Shown: positions 20,038-30,109 of the stretch, piece after piece | Numbering within the stretch: position 1 is the stretch's first letter | Layout: the number at the start of each line of letters is the position of its first letter | Assembly: GCA_965228855.1 (NCBI GenBank) | Contig: CBDDIJ010000003.1 | Coordinates: forward strand, 3,616,001 to 3,680,000 | DNA: 64,000 nt | Reading direction: 5' to 3' | Origin: Candidatus Obscuribacterales bacterium | Lineage (GTDB): Bacteria; Cyanobacteriota; Vampirovibrionia; Obscuribacterales; Obscuribacteraceae | Position numbers and translations under genes: made by a program | The notes under the pieces: generated by a model | Database searches by the model: none | What the model saw: only the letters and a program-made list of their open reading frames with translations | What the model was told of the DNA's origin: nothing

Positions 20038-20985
20038 CTAAGCGTGTTTAAGTCTTGCGATTTGTTCTTTAGCAACTTTGATGATGTCGGCTCTCTGCGG
20101 GAACTCCGGAGCCTGGTTAGCGAAATCGAGGGACTTCTTAAAGTTTTCGCGAGCGCGCCGCAGGTCTTGCTTTTGCATATAGGTGGAAGCAATGTTGAAG
20201 TGCGCGACTGCAAGTTGAGTACGAACCTGTCCTTTCCATTCGGCCGATTGAGGCGCCATAGCTTTTGAGAAAAGTCCCTTTTGGGGCTTTTCCATTTGCT
20301 CCAAAACCTGATTCAGACACTCAACGCCGCGCTCATTCCACTTCAAAGATTCAGCCGATCTCTGAGAATCCTTTACGTCAGGCTCGACCTGGCTCGCGAT
20401 CCCCACAGTCACGCACAAGGGTCCGAGATTCTGCAATTGGCGCGAGTCCTTATTCGATTTCTCCCATTCCTTTTCCGCAGCATCTATAGCCTCGCGGTAC
20501 TGGCCGCGAGTCACCAGGCTCTGAACAAGTGCAACTGATGCCCATGAGCTTCCTCGCGAAAGCGTGTCCGGCAATTTGATCGCCCGGCGACACATCGCCT
20601 CCGCCGTGCTCCATGCTCCCATGCGCGAAGCCAACATTACAGGTCCGAAGAAGGCCAGCCAGAATAGAGCCCGCGCAACCAGGAGAGCTGCCGTCAACAA
20701 TATGGTCATGCCAATTACTGTTGACCAGTCGGTCGGTGAAGCATTGACCGCCGCCATGAACTTTGCCGCGGAGAAATAAACGCCCAGTCCCAGCGTGACA
20801 GCGGACAAAATAAGCAAAGCGAAAAACAAACCAAGCGACATATTGTCGCCTTTGGAATTGCTTGGCGCATCGTTGACAGGAAGCTCGGGAGCGCGTTGCT
20901 GCACCACTTGTTGCTGCTGTTGTTGGAATCTGTAGTCTTTACCGCGCTTAGCCATATGTCTAGTTCGAGCCTTCTGTGCCGTCAT
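20038..20985 (-). CDS. Membrane-anchored TPR protein
   Basis: Two N-terminal TM helices followed by TPR-like helices; AGGA RBS. Confidence 0.7.
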   Translation of the reverse strand: MTAQKARTRHMAKRGKDYRFQQQQQQVVQQRAPELPVNDAPSNSKGDNMSLGLFFALLILSAVTLGLGVYFSAAKFMAAVNASPTDWSTVIGMTILLTAALLVARALFWLAFFGPVMLASRMGAWSTAEAMCRRAIKLPDTLSRGSSWASVALVQSLVTRGQYREAIDAAEKEWEKSNKDSRQLQNLGPLCVTVGIASQVEPDVKDSQRSAESLKWNERGVECLNQVLEQMEKPQKGLFSKAMAPQSAEWKGQVRTQLAVAHFNIASTYMQKQDLRRARENFKKSLDFANQAPEFPQRADIIKVAKEQIARLKHA

Positions 20986-21090
20986 AATTTCCTGTTGTTC
21001 AATTAGCTAACTTTAAGATAGCTGCGGGAAACTGCATACATTCTAGATCCGTTCGCCCCGCAATTGTCATATGGTAACTTTAGATCTCAG

Positions 21091-21564
21091 TTATGTGGCA
21101 ACCAGCTTGGCTCCAGCGAGTTTCATAACGATGTCGAATTCTTTTTTCGTAACAGGCTGTATGGAGAGGCGTGCACCACGCTTGGTGACCATCATTTCCT
21201 CCAGCCCATTCGTGACCTTCAACTTCGGCAATGGCACTACCTCTTCGAAGGTTTGTACGTAGCCGACATCAACAAGATACCAGGCCGGATTGTCCTTTTT
21301 GCTCTTCTCGTCAAAGTATTTGCTTTTGGGATCGAACGCGGTGTGATCGATGTAACCTTCTTTGACGATCTTGCAAACGCCTGCTACGCCTGGCGGTTCG
21401 GCATTGCTGTGATAGAAGAGAACTAAATCACCCTTTTTAACCGTATCGCGAAGAAAGTTTCTCGCCTGATAGTTCCGTACACCTTCCCACGACGTGCTTT
21501 TGTCACGCTTGAGGTCATCGATCGAGTAGACGGACGGTTCAGATTTAAACAGCCAGTAGTTCAT
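21091..21564 (-). CDS. EVE domain protein
   Basis: MNYWLFKSEP, WEGVRNYQARN, FYHS, RLSIQPV. Confidence 0.93.
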   Translation of the reverse strand: MNYWLFKSEPSVYSIDDLKRDKSTSWEGVRNYQARNFLRDTVKKGDLVLFYHSNAEPPGVAGVCKIVKEGYIDHTAFDPKSKYFDEKSKKDNPAWYLVDVGYVQTFEEVVPLPKLKVTNGLEEMMVTKRGARLSIQPVTKKEFDIVMKLAGAKLVAT

Positions 21565-21854
21565 TCAGCCCCCAACCTCTGCTTCCAAACTTTCAATCAT
21601 TTTATAGATTGAGCTGTCTGTTATATTAGTGATCGGCAGAATCTTCAACTATCGAAATTTTGAAGGTAAACGGATTGATTGCTTCTCTGCTACGCAAGGT
21701 TACAAGCCATTCGGAGCAATCGACGACAGAGTGTTTTTTGTGTCGTGCGCGAGTTAGATTAGACAACATTCAGAACAGACGCTTCACAAGCGCTTATTAC
21801 CGTTGTCAAAGGCTGGCGGTCCCGGAGTAAAATAGAGTCTCTCCAAGGGTTGAA

Positions 21855-22694
21855 ATGATGGAAACATTCCTAATCGCGTTTGTACTTTTCTTCTTCTGGC
21901 ATAACCTCGGAACATCAATCGGTTATCACCGCTTGCTGACCCACAAGGCAGTGCAGTGCTTCAAACCTGTCGAATACTTCTTTGTCATAGGTGGTTACCT
22001 CTGCCTCGAAGGATCGCCGGTCTGGTGGGTCACGATGCATCGTGCGCATCACCGCTATTCCGACACTGATCTCGATCCGCACACCCCGAGAAAAGGCATC
22101 AAGTTCGCGTACAACGGCTGGCTCGGTAAGCGCGATTATCCACCGCATCTAGACCCGAAAACTCAAGCCGCAGATGTTCTGCGCGACCCATTGTACCGTT
22201 TCCTCGAGCAAGACGGTCACTTGCGCAATGCTTCGAAACTCTGCTTTTGGAGCAACATCGCGCTTCGCGTAATTTTCTTGTTCACTCTCGGACCGGCAGT
22301 AGCTGGCGCGAGCTTCCTCGCAGCAGCAGTCGCCCATCAATGCCCGCTGATCATCAATACCGTTTGCCATCTTCCGAAAAGATTCGGATACAAGAATTTT
22401 GAAACAAGAGACGACAGCGTCAATGTTGGCTGGTTGAGCCTGGTCACAGTAGGTGAATCGTGGCACAACAATCACCACACCTTCCCTGGTTCGGCTCGTT
22501 TCGGCTTGAAGAAAAACGAATTCGATCTTTCCTGGTTAGTGCTGAAACTCCTGGAGAAATGCGGTCTCGTGAAGAAGCTGTACGAACCCAAGATCAAGTT
22601 TACTCACGACTTCCAGCTGAAGCCTGAACACTTGCTCGATCCAGCAGCCTTGATGCCCGAAGAAACAGAATCAACTGTCGCGCTCGCCAACTAG
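21855..22694 (+). CDS. Membrane fatty-acid (delta-9 type) desaturase
   Basis: His boxes HRLLTH, HRAHH and GESWHNNHH; DPHTP motif. Confidence 0.92.
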   Translation: MMETFLIAFVLFFFWHNLGTSIGYHRLLTHKAVQCFKPVEYFFVIGGYLCLEGSPVWWVTMHRAHHRYSDTDLDPHTPRKGIKFAYNGWLGKRDYPPHLDPKTQAADVLRDPLYRFLEQDGHLRNASKLCFWSNIALRVIFLFTLGPAVAGASFLAAAVAHQCPLIINTVCHLPKRFGYKNFETRDDSVNVGWLSLVTVGESWHNNHHTFPGSARFGLKKNEFDLSWLVLKLLEKCGLVKKLYEPKIKFTHDFQLKPEHLLDPAALMPEETESTVALAN

Positions 22695-22722
22695 GCCAGC
22701 CGCAGTCAGTCAACTAACAACG

Positions 22723-22755
22723 AACGCCTCGCTGTCTTTCCAGCGAGGCGTTTTT
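22723..22755. terminator. Intrinsic terminator between convergent genes
   Basis: AACGCCTCGCTG-TCTTTC-CAGCGAGGCGTT followed by further Ts. Confidence 0.8.
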
Positions 22756-22783
22756 AGCAGTATTCTTTGCGGCAAGGGACGAT

Positions 22784-22936
22784 CTAGTCTGCCCCCTCCC
22801 AGAGGTCTTCTTCGCGCTCTGACTGATTTTCATTTACCGGCCGTTTGGTAGCCATAGCGAATGCAGTGTACAGCGGGGGTTTCTCTTCCGTGTAAGTGCT
22901 TTTGCCGGCAACTGTGGATGAGCTGGATGTTCTCAT
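22784..22936 (-). CDS. Unannotated 50-aa small protein
   Basis: AGGAGG 5 nt before ATG; MRTSSSSTVAGKSTYTEEKPPLYTAFAMATKRPVNENQSEREEDLWEGAD; ends just before the terminator hairpin. Confidence 0.55.
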   Translation of the reverse strand: MRTSSSSTVAGKSTYTEEKPPLYTAFAMATKRPVNENQSEREEDLWEGAD

Positions 22937-23407
22937 TTCTGCCTCCTATCGGGCCAGTGGAAGATGGATTATGTAAAAGCGCATGGAGAGCGCCTGTTGA
23001 TGAAAGACTATTTTGATAGAGAAGTGCGGTCAAATTAAACGCCCCGAGACATTCACACTAACTACTGCAGCCAAGCTTCATGAAGACTCGATTTACACAA
23101 TCGGCGATCTTTTGAAAGCGATAGCATCACAACAGTTTCAAGAACGAACAAACGCAGACAGTGGTTTACAAAAATGCGTTAACACTTAAGCGCATCTTCC
23201 GGCAAGCGCAGTCAGTGACGACGTTTCAAACGCTTCGCGCAAAGAGAAATCCGTTGCGTAACAAAATCAAAAAAAACTTGAGCGTGATATCACAATAAAA
23301 AGATTTACTCCGTAAGACGCATGATGTTAAAAGCGATACGATAAATCTATTCCTGGAAACCCAAACTATTCGCAACTATCTAATGAGTAGCAGAATCGAA
23401 AACACTG

Positions 23408-24712
23408 ATGAAAACTCCATCTTTCAGGATTCCCGGAATCCAGCTAACCAACCACGAATTCACTGCCCCGATAAGCTATAAAAATCCAGGCAACGGCTCT
23501 ATCAAAATTTTCGCCAGAGAAGTGGTGTCAAATGCGAACCATTATCGAGCGAATGATTTACCCTGGCTGATTTTTTTTCAGGGCGGGCCGGGATTTCCCT
23601 CACCGAGACCGACCAATAAACACGGTTGGTTAAATCGCGCATTACAGCAGTACCGCGTGCTTTTGCTCGACCAACGCGGAACCGGTTTGAGCACTCCGGT
23701 TACGTATCAAACACTCGCAAAGTTTGGAACAGCGAAAGAACAAGCTGACTATCTAATTAACTTTCGTGCTGACTCGATTGTTAAAGACGCAGAACTGATT
23801 CGTTCGCAATTGCTGAAACCCGGAGAAAAGTGGACGGGGTTCGGACAAAGTTACGGCGGCTTTTGCTTAACCCATTATCTCTCTGCAGCGCCGGAAGGGC
23901 TCGCTGAAGTGGTGATTACGGGCGGATTGCCTCCGCTGACCGCGAACGTCGATGATGTCTACCGCGCCACTTATAAACGAGTCTTAAATCGAAATAGACA
24001 ATATTACGAGCGCTATCCGGCAGATATTGAACTTGTGCACAAACTAGTTTCATTGCTGCGCTCGAAGAAAGTTGAATTACCGGACTGCGGAGTTTTGACG
24101 CCCGAACGCTTTCAGCAACTCGGAATCTCGTTTGGTATGACTGAAGGCTTCGAAGCGATTCATTACTTGCTTGAAGAGGCGCTCATAACGAATACACGCG
24201 GCATCGAAGATCTGAGCTTCACTTTTCTCCGTTCTCTTGCAGGCTCTCAGGCCTACGAGACAAATCCAATTTACGCGCTTCTGCACGAATCTATATATTG
24301 TCAAAATTTCGCGAGCGATTGGTCTGCAGAAAGAATGAAAGCGGAATTTCCACAATTCAGACCAGACAGAAGTGATGGACCGATTCTGTTTACCGGAGAG
24401 ATGATCTATCCGAGCATGTTCGACGACTACAAATACCTGGAACCGCTGAAAAACGCAGCCGAGTTACTGGCGCAGAAGTCTGACTGGGAGCCACTCTACG
24501 ACGTCAAGGCGCTGCACAAAAATACCGTGCCGGTAGCAGCGGCGGTTTATTACGATGATATGTATGTAGAACTTTCGTATTCACAGGATGCGGCGGACGC
24601 AATCGGTAACTGCCGTACGTGGGTAACGAATGAGTACGACCATAACGGCATCCGGCAAGACGGAGACCGAGTCCTGGATCGACTTTTCCAGATGTTGCGT
24701 CACGAAATCTAG
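23408..24712 (+). CDS. pip: Proline iminopeptidase (alpha/beta hydrolase, S33)
   Basis: FQGGPG, LLDQRGTGLS, GQSYGG nucleophile elbow, YYDDMYV, HNGIR. Confidence 0.88.
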   Translation: MKTPSFRIPGIQLTNHEFTAPISYKNPGNGSIKIFAREVVSNANHYRANDLPWLIFFQGGPGFPSPRPTNKHGWLNRALQQYRVLLLDQRGTGLSTPVTYQTLAKFGTAKEQADYLINFRADSIVKDAELIRSQLLKPGEKWTGFGQSYGGFCLTHYLSAAPEGLAEVVITGGLPPLTANVDDVYRATYKRVLNRNRQYYERYPADIELVHKLVSLLRSKKVELPDCGVLTPERFQQLGISFGMTEGFEAIHYLLEEALITNTRGIEDLSFTFLRSLAGSQAYETNPIYALLHESIYCQNFASDWSAERMKAEFPQFRPDRSDGPILFTGEMIYPSMFDDYKYLEPLKNAAELLAQKSDWEPLYDVKALHKNTVPVAAAVYYDDMYVELSYSQDAADAIGNCRTWVTNEYDHNGIRQDGDRVLDRLFQMLRHEI

Positions 24713-24805
24713 ACGAATTCAAAATCACATATATAGAGAAAAAGCTTTGATACTATATATGCCACCAGGCCTTAAAGTCGCTGTAACAATCGCATTCACG
24801 ATTCA

Positions 24806-24834
24806 TTGACTCAACTTCGAATCGGAAGTACAAC
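24806..24834 (+). promoter_or_regulatory. Putative sigma70 promoter of the leu leader
   Basis: TTGACT-N17-TACAAC; predicted +1 falls at or near the leader ATG (24841). Confidence 0.55.
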
Positions 24835-24840
24835 TGTGTC

Positions 24841-24921
24841 ATGTCCATCAACGAAACAGTTTTGAATCAATCGAATCGCCCCGCATCACTGCTGGGACTG
24901 CTGCTGCTAAGCACCTGCTAG
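24841..24921 (+). CDS. leuL: Leucine attenuator leader peptide MSINETVLNQSNRPASLLGLLLLSTC
   Basis: 6 Leu codons within 7 codons (24889-24909), directly upstream of leuA. Confidence 0.85.
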   Translation: MSINETVLNQSNRPASLLGLLLLSTC

Positions 24922-24977
24922 ACAGAGCCGGACGATGTTGCGTATCTGCTCTGTCTTATCAAAGGCAGGGCTTTTTT
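24920..24977 (+). terminator. leu attenuator antiterminator/terminator
   Basis: Terminator GCTCTGTCTT-ATCA-AAGGCAGGGC-TTTTTT (24948-24977); AGACAGAGC (24920-24928) is perfectly complementary to its 5' arm. Confidence 0.85.
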
Positions 24978-25019
24978 GCTTTCAGACTTGATTCACAACC
25001 CTAGAAAAGGAATTCAGCA

Positions 25020-26675
25020 ATGACACAGCGTAAATCTCAAAAGGTAGAAATTTTCGACACAACCTTGAGAGACGGGCAACAGTGCCCGGGGGCAGGGATG
25101 AGCTTCGATAAGAACATCGAATACTTTCGTCTCGCGTGTCAGCTACAGGTCGACGTAATCGAAGCAGGCTTTCCGTCGGCAAGCAATCTTGATTTTGAGA
25201 TCGTGAACGCGATCGCAAAGGAAAACCTCAACCAGAGCTTTCAGCCGAAGATAGCTGCGCTCTGTCAATTGAGAGAAGAGCAGGTTGTGAAAACCATTCA
25301 GGCTTTGGAACCGGTTATCGCCGTCGGTAAGGGACGGCTTCACACCTACGTTCCTGTCGATCCGGAGTTGCTGGAAGCCTCACTCGGCGGGCATGCCGCC
25401 GATAAGAGCAAGATTGTAGATGATGTTTATCGCCTCGTAAAAATGGCTTACGATGCCGGTCTTGAAGTCCAGTTCAGCCCGGAAGGCTATTCCAGGATGC
25501 GTGAAAACTTCGATTTCACAACCGATTTGATTCGCGCCGCAGTTTCAGCAGGCGCGCGCGTAATCAATTGCCCGGATACCATCGGTGGTGCGTCCTCGCT
25601 TGAAGGCTCCGAGTACTTTGTCGAGAAGATGAACCAACACGCTGAGATTATCGCGCGAGAGTTTCCGGAACGCGAAGTAATCTGGTCTGTCCACTGCCAC
25701 AACGACCTTGGATTGGCTGTGCAAAACAGTATCAACGGTGTTTTCAACGGACCGGCACTTCAAATCGAAGGTTGTGTAAATGGAATCGGCGAGCGCGCCG
25801 GCAACGCGTCTCTCGAGCAGTGCATCATGATCATTCGCCAGTTCGGAGCGCAGCAAAAGCAGCCCTTCCACTGCGACTCGAATGTCGACGTCATTCAAGA
25901 GATCTCGGACTTCGTCGATCAACACATGTTGCCGCGTCAACCACACTCGCCCGTCACAGGTGAGAACGCTGCGCGTCACTCATCCGGTGGTCACACAAAT
26001 GCCATCCTCAAAAATCCAATGGCGTACCAGCCATTCGATCCACGCTCCATCGGCAAAAACATCACATTTGCTTTCGGTCCGCTCAGCGGTGGCAACCACG
26101 CCCGCTCGATTATCGAAAGCAACGGCTATATTTGCGAGGAAAACGAAAAAGCGGCTATCGCTCAGTTCATCAAAGATAAGAGCAAAGAGCGCAGAAAAGG
26201 AATCGCCGATCGCGAATTGATGCGCATCTACAATGAGTATCGCCAGCCTATGACTATTGAAACTGTCGACTACGGTCGCGAGGGAGACCGTTCTTCAGTA
26301 ACGATCATGGGTCAATTCTTCGGAGACGAAGGCCAGTACTCCGCCGACCACAGCGGACGGGACTCGGCGTTGGCAGCGTTGAAGAAATTGATCGAAACTC
26401 GATTTGGTCCATACAAAATCATCAGCCACTCAAGTCGTTCCGATTCACAAGGCGAGAACGCAAAGAGCGTCTCGCAGGTAATCGTGCAACTGGAAGATGG
26501 CGCGCAGTTCGACGGAACGGCACACGACCACGACATTGAAATTTCAGCCATGCGCGCATTGATCGATGCGGTTAACAAAGCCTACGTTTACCGGGAATAC
26601 TCGATGAAGGCGGCGGCGAAAAAGCAAGAAGAATTCGCAGCACCGGCGATGCAGCCCATTCCCCAGGCATCCTAA
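25020..26675 (+). CDS. leuA: 2-isopropylmalate synthase (divergent)
   Basis: FDTTLRDGQQ, IEAGFP, HCHNDLG, GIGERAGN, C-terminal regulatory domain; Leu leader upstream. Confidence 0.85.
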   Translation: MTQRKSQKVEIFDTTLRDGQQCPGAGMSFDKNIEYFRLACQLQVDVIEAGFPSASNLDFEIVNAIAKENLNQSFQPKIAALCQLREEQVVKTIQALEPVIAVGKGRLHTYVPVDPELLEASLGGHAADKSKIVDDVYRLVKMAYDAGLEVQFSPEGYSRMRENFDFTTDLIRAAVSAGARVINCPDTIGGASSLEGSEYFVEKMNQHAEIIAREFPEREVIWSVHCHNDLGLAVQNSINGVFNGPALQIEGCVNGIGERAGNASLEQCIMIIRQFGAQQKQPFHCDSNVDVIQEISDFVDQHMLPRQPHSPVTGENAARHSSGGHTNAILKNPMAYQPFDPRSIGKNITFAFGPLSGGNHARSIIESNGYICEENEKAAIAQFIKDKSKERRKGIADRELMRIYNEYRQPMTIETVDYGREGDRSSVTIMGQFFGDEGQYSADHSGRDSALAALKKLIETRFGPYKIISHSSRSDSQGENAKSVSQVIVQLEDGAQFDGTAHDHDIEISAMRALIDAVNKAYVYREYSMKAAAKKQEEFAAPAMQPIPQAS

Positions 26676-26864
26676 ATATCCAAAGCGGTGCGCTGTAAAG
26701 TCCGGTTTGCTTTCCAAACCGGAAGCGCCAGGGCGCGACAAGCCGGAAAAGTTTTCAGGCGCCTGTTTGGGTTTCCGCACGTATTTAAAAACAATTAGTC
26801 AAGAGCAAACATTAACGAAAGGTTGCTTTGTGTAACGAAGCAGGCACCATACGGGAAAACCGCA

Positions 26865-26892
26865 TTGACCTATTACGGGGGTCAGATATGAT
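26865..26892 (+). promoter_or_regulatory. Putative sigma70 promoter of the ilv-leu operon
   Basis: TTGACC-N16-TATGAT upstream of the leader peptide. Confidence 0.55.
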
Positions 26893-26950
26893 GGACACAC
26901 GTCAAACACACAGGGCACCCGCCCAGGAAATAAAAGAAACGGCTAAACCC

Positions 26951-27031
26951 ATGTTCAGCGTTGCTCTTATTAACATCGTAATTATTAGCCTGGTACTGAT
27001 TCTGTACCAGCGGTGCGGGCTGCCTAGTTAG
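26951..27031 (+). CDS. ilvL: ilv operon leader peptide MFSVALINIVIISLVLILYQRCGLPS
   Basis: 13 of 26 residues are Ile/Val/Leu, 12 of them in codons 4-18; followed by an attenuator. Confidence 0.85.
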   Translation: MFSVALINIVIISLVLILYQRCGLPS

Positions 27032-27051
27032 AGCGAAATACTCAAGACTTC

Positions 27052-27087
27052 AGACCCCGTACCTAACGCAAAAGGTACGGGGTTTTT
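27052..27087 (+). terminator. ilv attenuator terminator
   Basis: ACCCCGTACCT-AACGCAAA-AGGTACGGGGT-TTTT; antiterminator arm GGTGCGGG (27012-27019) pairs with CCCGTACC (27056-27063). Confidence 0.88.
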
Positions 27088-27178
27088 GCTTAAGGACCAA
27101 ACGGTCAAAACGACAGATTCGAAGCGCGCAAGTTCAACGGACACACGGAAACCGAGACTGGAAGACGGAAAGGAACAC

Positions 27179-28858
27179 ATGGAAAGCGACCGAATAAAGA
27201 AGGGATTGAACAGAGCGCCGGCAAGAGCAATGCTCAAAGCAACCGGTCTCACTGACGCCGATCTCGAGAAACCGCTCGTCGCGGTAGCGAACACCTGGAC
27301 AGAAGCCGGTCCCTGTAATTTCCATCTCAGAGACCTCGCCCAGAAAGTCAAAGACGGCATCCGCAAAGCCGGTGGCACGCCGTTCGAATTCAACACAATC
27401 GTAGTATCCGACGGCATCTCGATGGGCACAGAAGCGATGAAAGCATCGCTCGTTTCGCGAGAAGTAGTTGCAGATTCAATAGAAGTCGCGGTTCGCGGTC
27501 ACCTTTTCGATGCGGTCGTTGCCATAGCGGGCTGCGACAAAACCATACCAGGCGCAATCATGGCGCTCGCCAGACTTGATCTCCCATCCGTTCTCCTCTA
27601 CGGTGGCTCAATCATGCCTGGACAATTCCAGGGCAAAGACGTCACCATCCAGGAAGTTTTCGAGGCAGTCGGCGCTTGTGCAGCCGGTCTTATGACTCCG
27701 GAAGACTTGAATGATTTGGAGAATAAAGCGTGTCCGGGCGCAGGCGCATGCGGAGGACAATTCACGGCAAACACTATGTCAACGGCGGCGACCTTTATGG
27801 GGATCTCGCCGTTTGGTGTAAATGAGGTTCCTGCGACTCACCCATCGAAGTTGGCTCAAGCAGAGCGTTGCGGCGAACTGGTGATGGAACTTCTAGAGAA
27901 AAATGTTCGCGTCAGCTCGGTCATGACCAAGAAAGCTTTGGAAAATGCAATCGCGTCAGTCGCGGCTACAGGCGGTTCTACCAACGCAGTTCTTCATATA
28001 ATGGCAATCGCCAGAGAACTCGGCGTCGATCTCGAACTTTCGGATTTTGACCGCATCTCAGGCGCTACGCCAATCATCGTAGACTTCAAACCGTGGGGCA
28101 GATACGTCGCCAACGATTTATACGAAGCTGGCGGCATGCGTTTAATCGCTAAAGAACTTCGGGCTGCCAATCTGATCGCTGATGAGAAAACCGTTTCCGG
28201 GAAGACTCTCTTCGAAGAAGCCGCCGAAGCAAAGGCGACCGAAGGTCAGAAGGTTGTCCGCTCAGTTGAAAACGCACTCGCTCCGCGCGGCGGTTTCGCG
28301 ATTCTCCATGGTTCGCTTGCACCGGAAGGTTGCGTAGTCAAAGTAGCTGGCAACGCCAGTCTCACTTTCAAAGGACCCGCACGCGTTTTCGACGAAGAGG
28401 ATCAAGCATTCGTCGCGGTTCAACAAGGGCTTATCACCGCCGGTGATGTCGTGGTGATAAGAAACGTCGGACCGAAAGGCGCCCCCGGCATGCCCGAGAT
28501 GCTCGCAGTAACCGGTGCGTTGATCGGAGCCGGTCTCGGCGGTCAAGTCGCATTGGTAACCGACGGAAGATTCTCGGGAGCTACCCACGGTTTCATGGTC
28601 GGACACGTCTCGCCGGAAGCGGCTCGTGGCGGGCCGATCGCCTTCATCCGCGACGGCGATGTTGTGACAATCGATGTCGAAAACAGAGTTATGAACGTCG
28701 ACGGCGACCTCGCAGCCCGAGTCAGCGGCTGGCAGGAGAAAGAACCGAAATATAAATCAGGCGTGTTCGCAAAATACGCGCAATTAGTTTCATCCGCATC
28801 GGACGGCGCGGTCACCTGGCTTCCGCAAAAGAAGAAGGTGCCGACAGGCGTCGGATGA
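27179..28858 (+). CDS. ilvD: Dihydroxy-acid dehydratase
   Basis: [48 protein letters not shown] before ATG 27179. Confidence 0.97.
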   Translation: MESDRIKKGLNRAPARAMLKATGLTDADLEKPLVAVANTWTEAGPCNFHLRDLAQKVKDGIRKAGGTPFEFNTIVVSDGISMGTEAMKASLVSREVVADSIEVAVRGHLFDAVVAIAGCDKTIPGAIMALARLDLPSVLLYGGSIMPGQFQGKDVTIQEVFEAVGACAAGLMTPEDLNDLENKACPGAGACGGQFTANTMSTAATFMGISPFGVNEVPATHPSKLAQAERCGELVMELLEKNVRVSSVMTKKALENAIASVAATGGSTNAVLHIMAIARELGVDLELSDFDRISGATPIIVDFKPWGRYVANDLYEAGGMRLIAKELRAANLIADEKTVSGKTLFEEAAEAKATEGQKVVRSVENALAPRGGFAILHGSLAPEGCVVKVAGNASLTFKGPARVFDEEDQAFVAVQQGLITAGDVVVIRNVGPKGAPGMPEMLAVTGALIGAGLGGQVALVTDGRFSGATHGFMVGHVSPEAARGGPIAFIRDGDVVTIDVENRVMNVDGDLAARVSGWQEKEPKYKSGVFAKYAQLVSSASDGAVTWLPQKKKVPTGVG

Positions 28859-28916
28859 CGCGGCAGGCGAAAACAGTTTTACACCGGAAAGTTGGAAAGC
28901 AAATAAGGAGCAAATA

Positions 28917-29987
28917 ATGGCAAAGGTTTACACAGAGAAAGACGTTGATACATCAGCACTGCAGGGCAAGAAAGTTGCCGTAGTCGGCTACGGAAGCCAG
29001 GGACGCGCGCAAGCGATGAACTTGCACGATAGCGGATTGAACGTCGTAGTTGGTTTGAGAGAAGGTGGAAAAACCTGGAAGCAAGCCAAAGAAGACGGTT
29101 TGAAAGTTGCGACGGTAGCAGAAGCCGTCAAGGACGCTGACCTCGTCGCGATTCTCACTCCCGATACATCCCAGCCAGAGCTCTACACGAAAGAAGTAGA
29201 GCCGAACTTGAAGAAAGGTGCGGCGGTTCTCTTCGCCCACGGCTTCAACGTCCACTATGGCGAAATCAAGCCGCAAACAGATGTAGACGTTGTTTTAATC
29301 GCACCCAAATCGCCCGGACGTCTGGTGCGCTCGCAATATCAAGAAGGCCGCGGAGTACCATGCCTGGTGGCAGTGCAACAAGACGCAACCGGCAACGCGT
29401 TCAAAAAAGCTCTTGCATACGCTCATGGATTGGGCGGCACCAGAGCTTCGGTTCTTGAAACCACATTCGCGGAAGAAACCGAAACAGATCTCTTCGGAGA
29501 ACAAGCAGTTCTCTGCGGTGGGGTGACGGAACTGGTCGCGGCTGGTTACGAAACGCTCGTAGAAGCAGGCTATCAGCCGGAAGTTGCATACTTCGAGTGC
29601 TTGCACGAATTGAAGTTGATCGTCGACCTTATATATGAAGGCGGCTTCGCTCGCATGCACGAATTCGTTTCCGAAACTGCCAAGTACGGCGACCTCAGCC
29701 GTGGACCGCGCGTCATCGACGCTCACGCCCGCAAGAACATCAAGGAAGTTCTCGAAGAAGTCAGAAACGGCACATTCGCTCGCGAGTGGATCGCAGAAAA
29801 CAAAGCAGGCAAGCCGAAATACAATGAATTGCTCGCAAAAGACCTCGCCCACCCGATCGAAAAGGTTGGTAAGGAACTCCGTGCAAATATGTCCTGGCTC
29901 AATCAGTCTTGCGCGGATAATGCTGCAAAGCAATCGTGCCAGTCTGAGCAGGCCCAGAAAGAAAAAGAACCAGTTGCGGCACGCTGA
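28917..29987 (+). CDS. ilvC: Ketol-acid reductoisomerase
   Basis: [30 protein letters not shown]. Confidence 0.97.
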   Translation: MAKVYTEKDVDTSALQGKKVAVVGYGSQGRAQAMNLHDSGLNVVVGLREGGKTWKQAKEDGLKVATVAEAVKDADLVAILTPDTSQPELYTKEVEPNLKKGAAVLFAHGFNVHYGEIKPQTDVDVVLIAPKSPGRLVRSQYQEGRGVPCLVAVQQDATGNAFKKALAYAHGLGGTRASVLETTFAEETETDLFGEQAVLCGGVTELVAAGYETLVEAGYQPEVAYFECLHELKLIVDLIYEGGFARMHEFVSETAKYGDLSRGPRVIDAHARKNIKEVLEEVRNGTFAREWIAENKAGKPKYNELLAKDLAHPIEKVGKELRANMSWLNQSCADNAAKQSCQSEQAQKEKEPVAAR

Positions 29988-30109
29988 TTTTTCCAAGGAA
30001 ATTTCAGCGTTTCCGTTTAAAAACCAGGTTAGACCAGCGACAACCGCAGCGACTGAGTGAGTTTTAAACGGAAGCAAGCAACGAAACTAGCAAGAGAACT
30101 GGACGGATA

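Noticed and set aside
21091..21564. EVE domain as part of a modification-dependent defence system
   Set aside because: Stand-alone canonical EVE protein with no nuclease, ATPase or toxin neighbour
22830..23033. 67-aa minus-strand ORF from the track
   Set aside because: TTG start without an RBS; the overlapping frame 22784-22936 has a perfect SD and ATG
24728..24761. Inverted repeat CATATATAG-N16-CTATATATG after pip
   Set aside because: AT-rich low-complexity stem with no T-run; cannot be told from chance
26828..27031. 67-aa ORF that looks like a small membrane protein
   Set aside because: Its hydrophobic part is the ILV control stretch of the attenuator leader; the upstream starts lie before or within the predicted promoter
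29295..30077. 260-aa ORF antisense to ilvC, and similar long antisense ORFs (14622-15308, 10564-11199, 33774-34370, 40117-40725)
   Set aside because: Overlap well-supported genes on the opposite strand and carry no recognisable motifs
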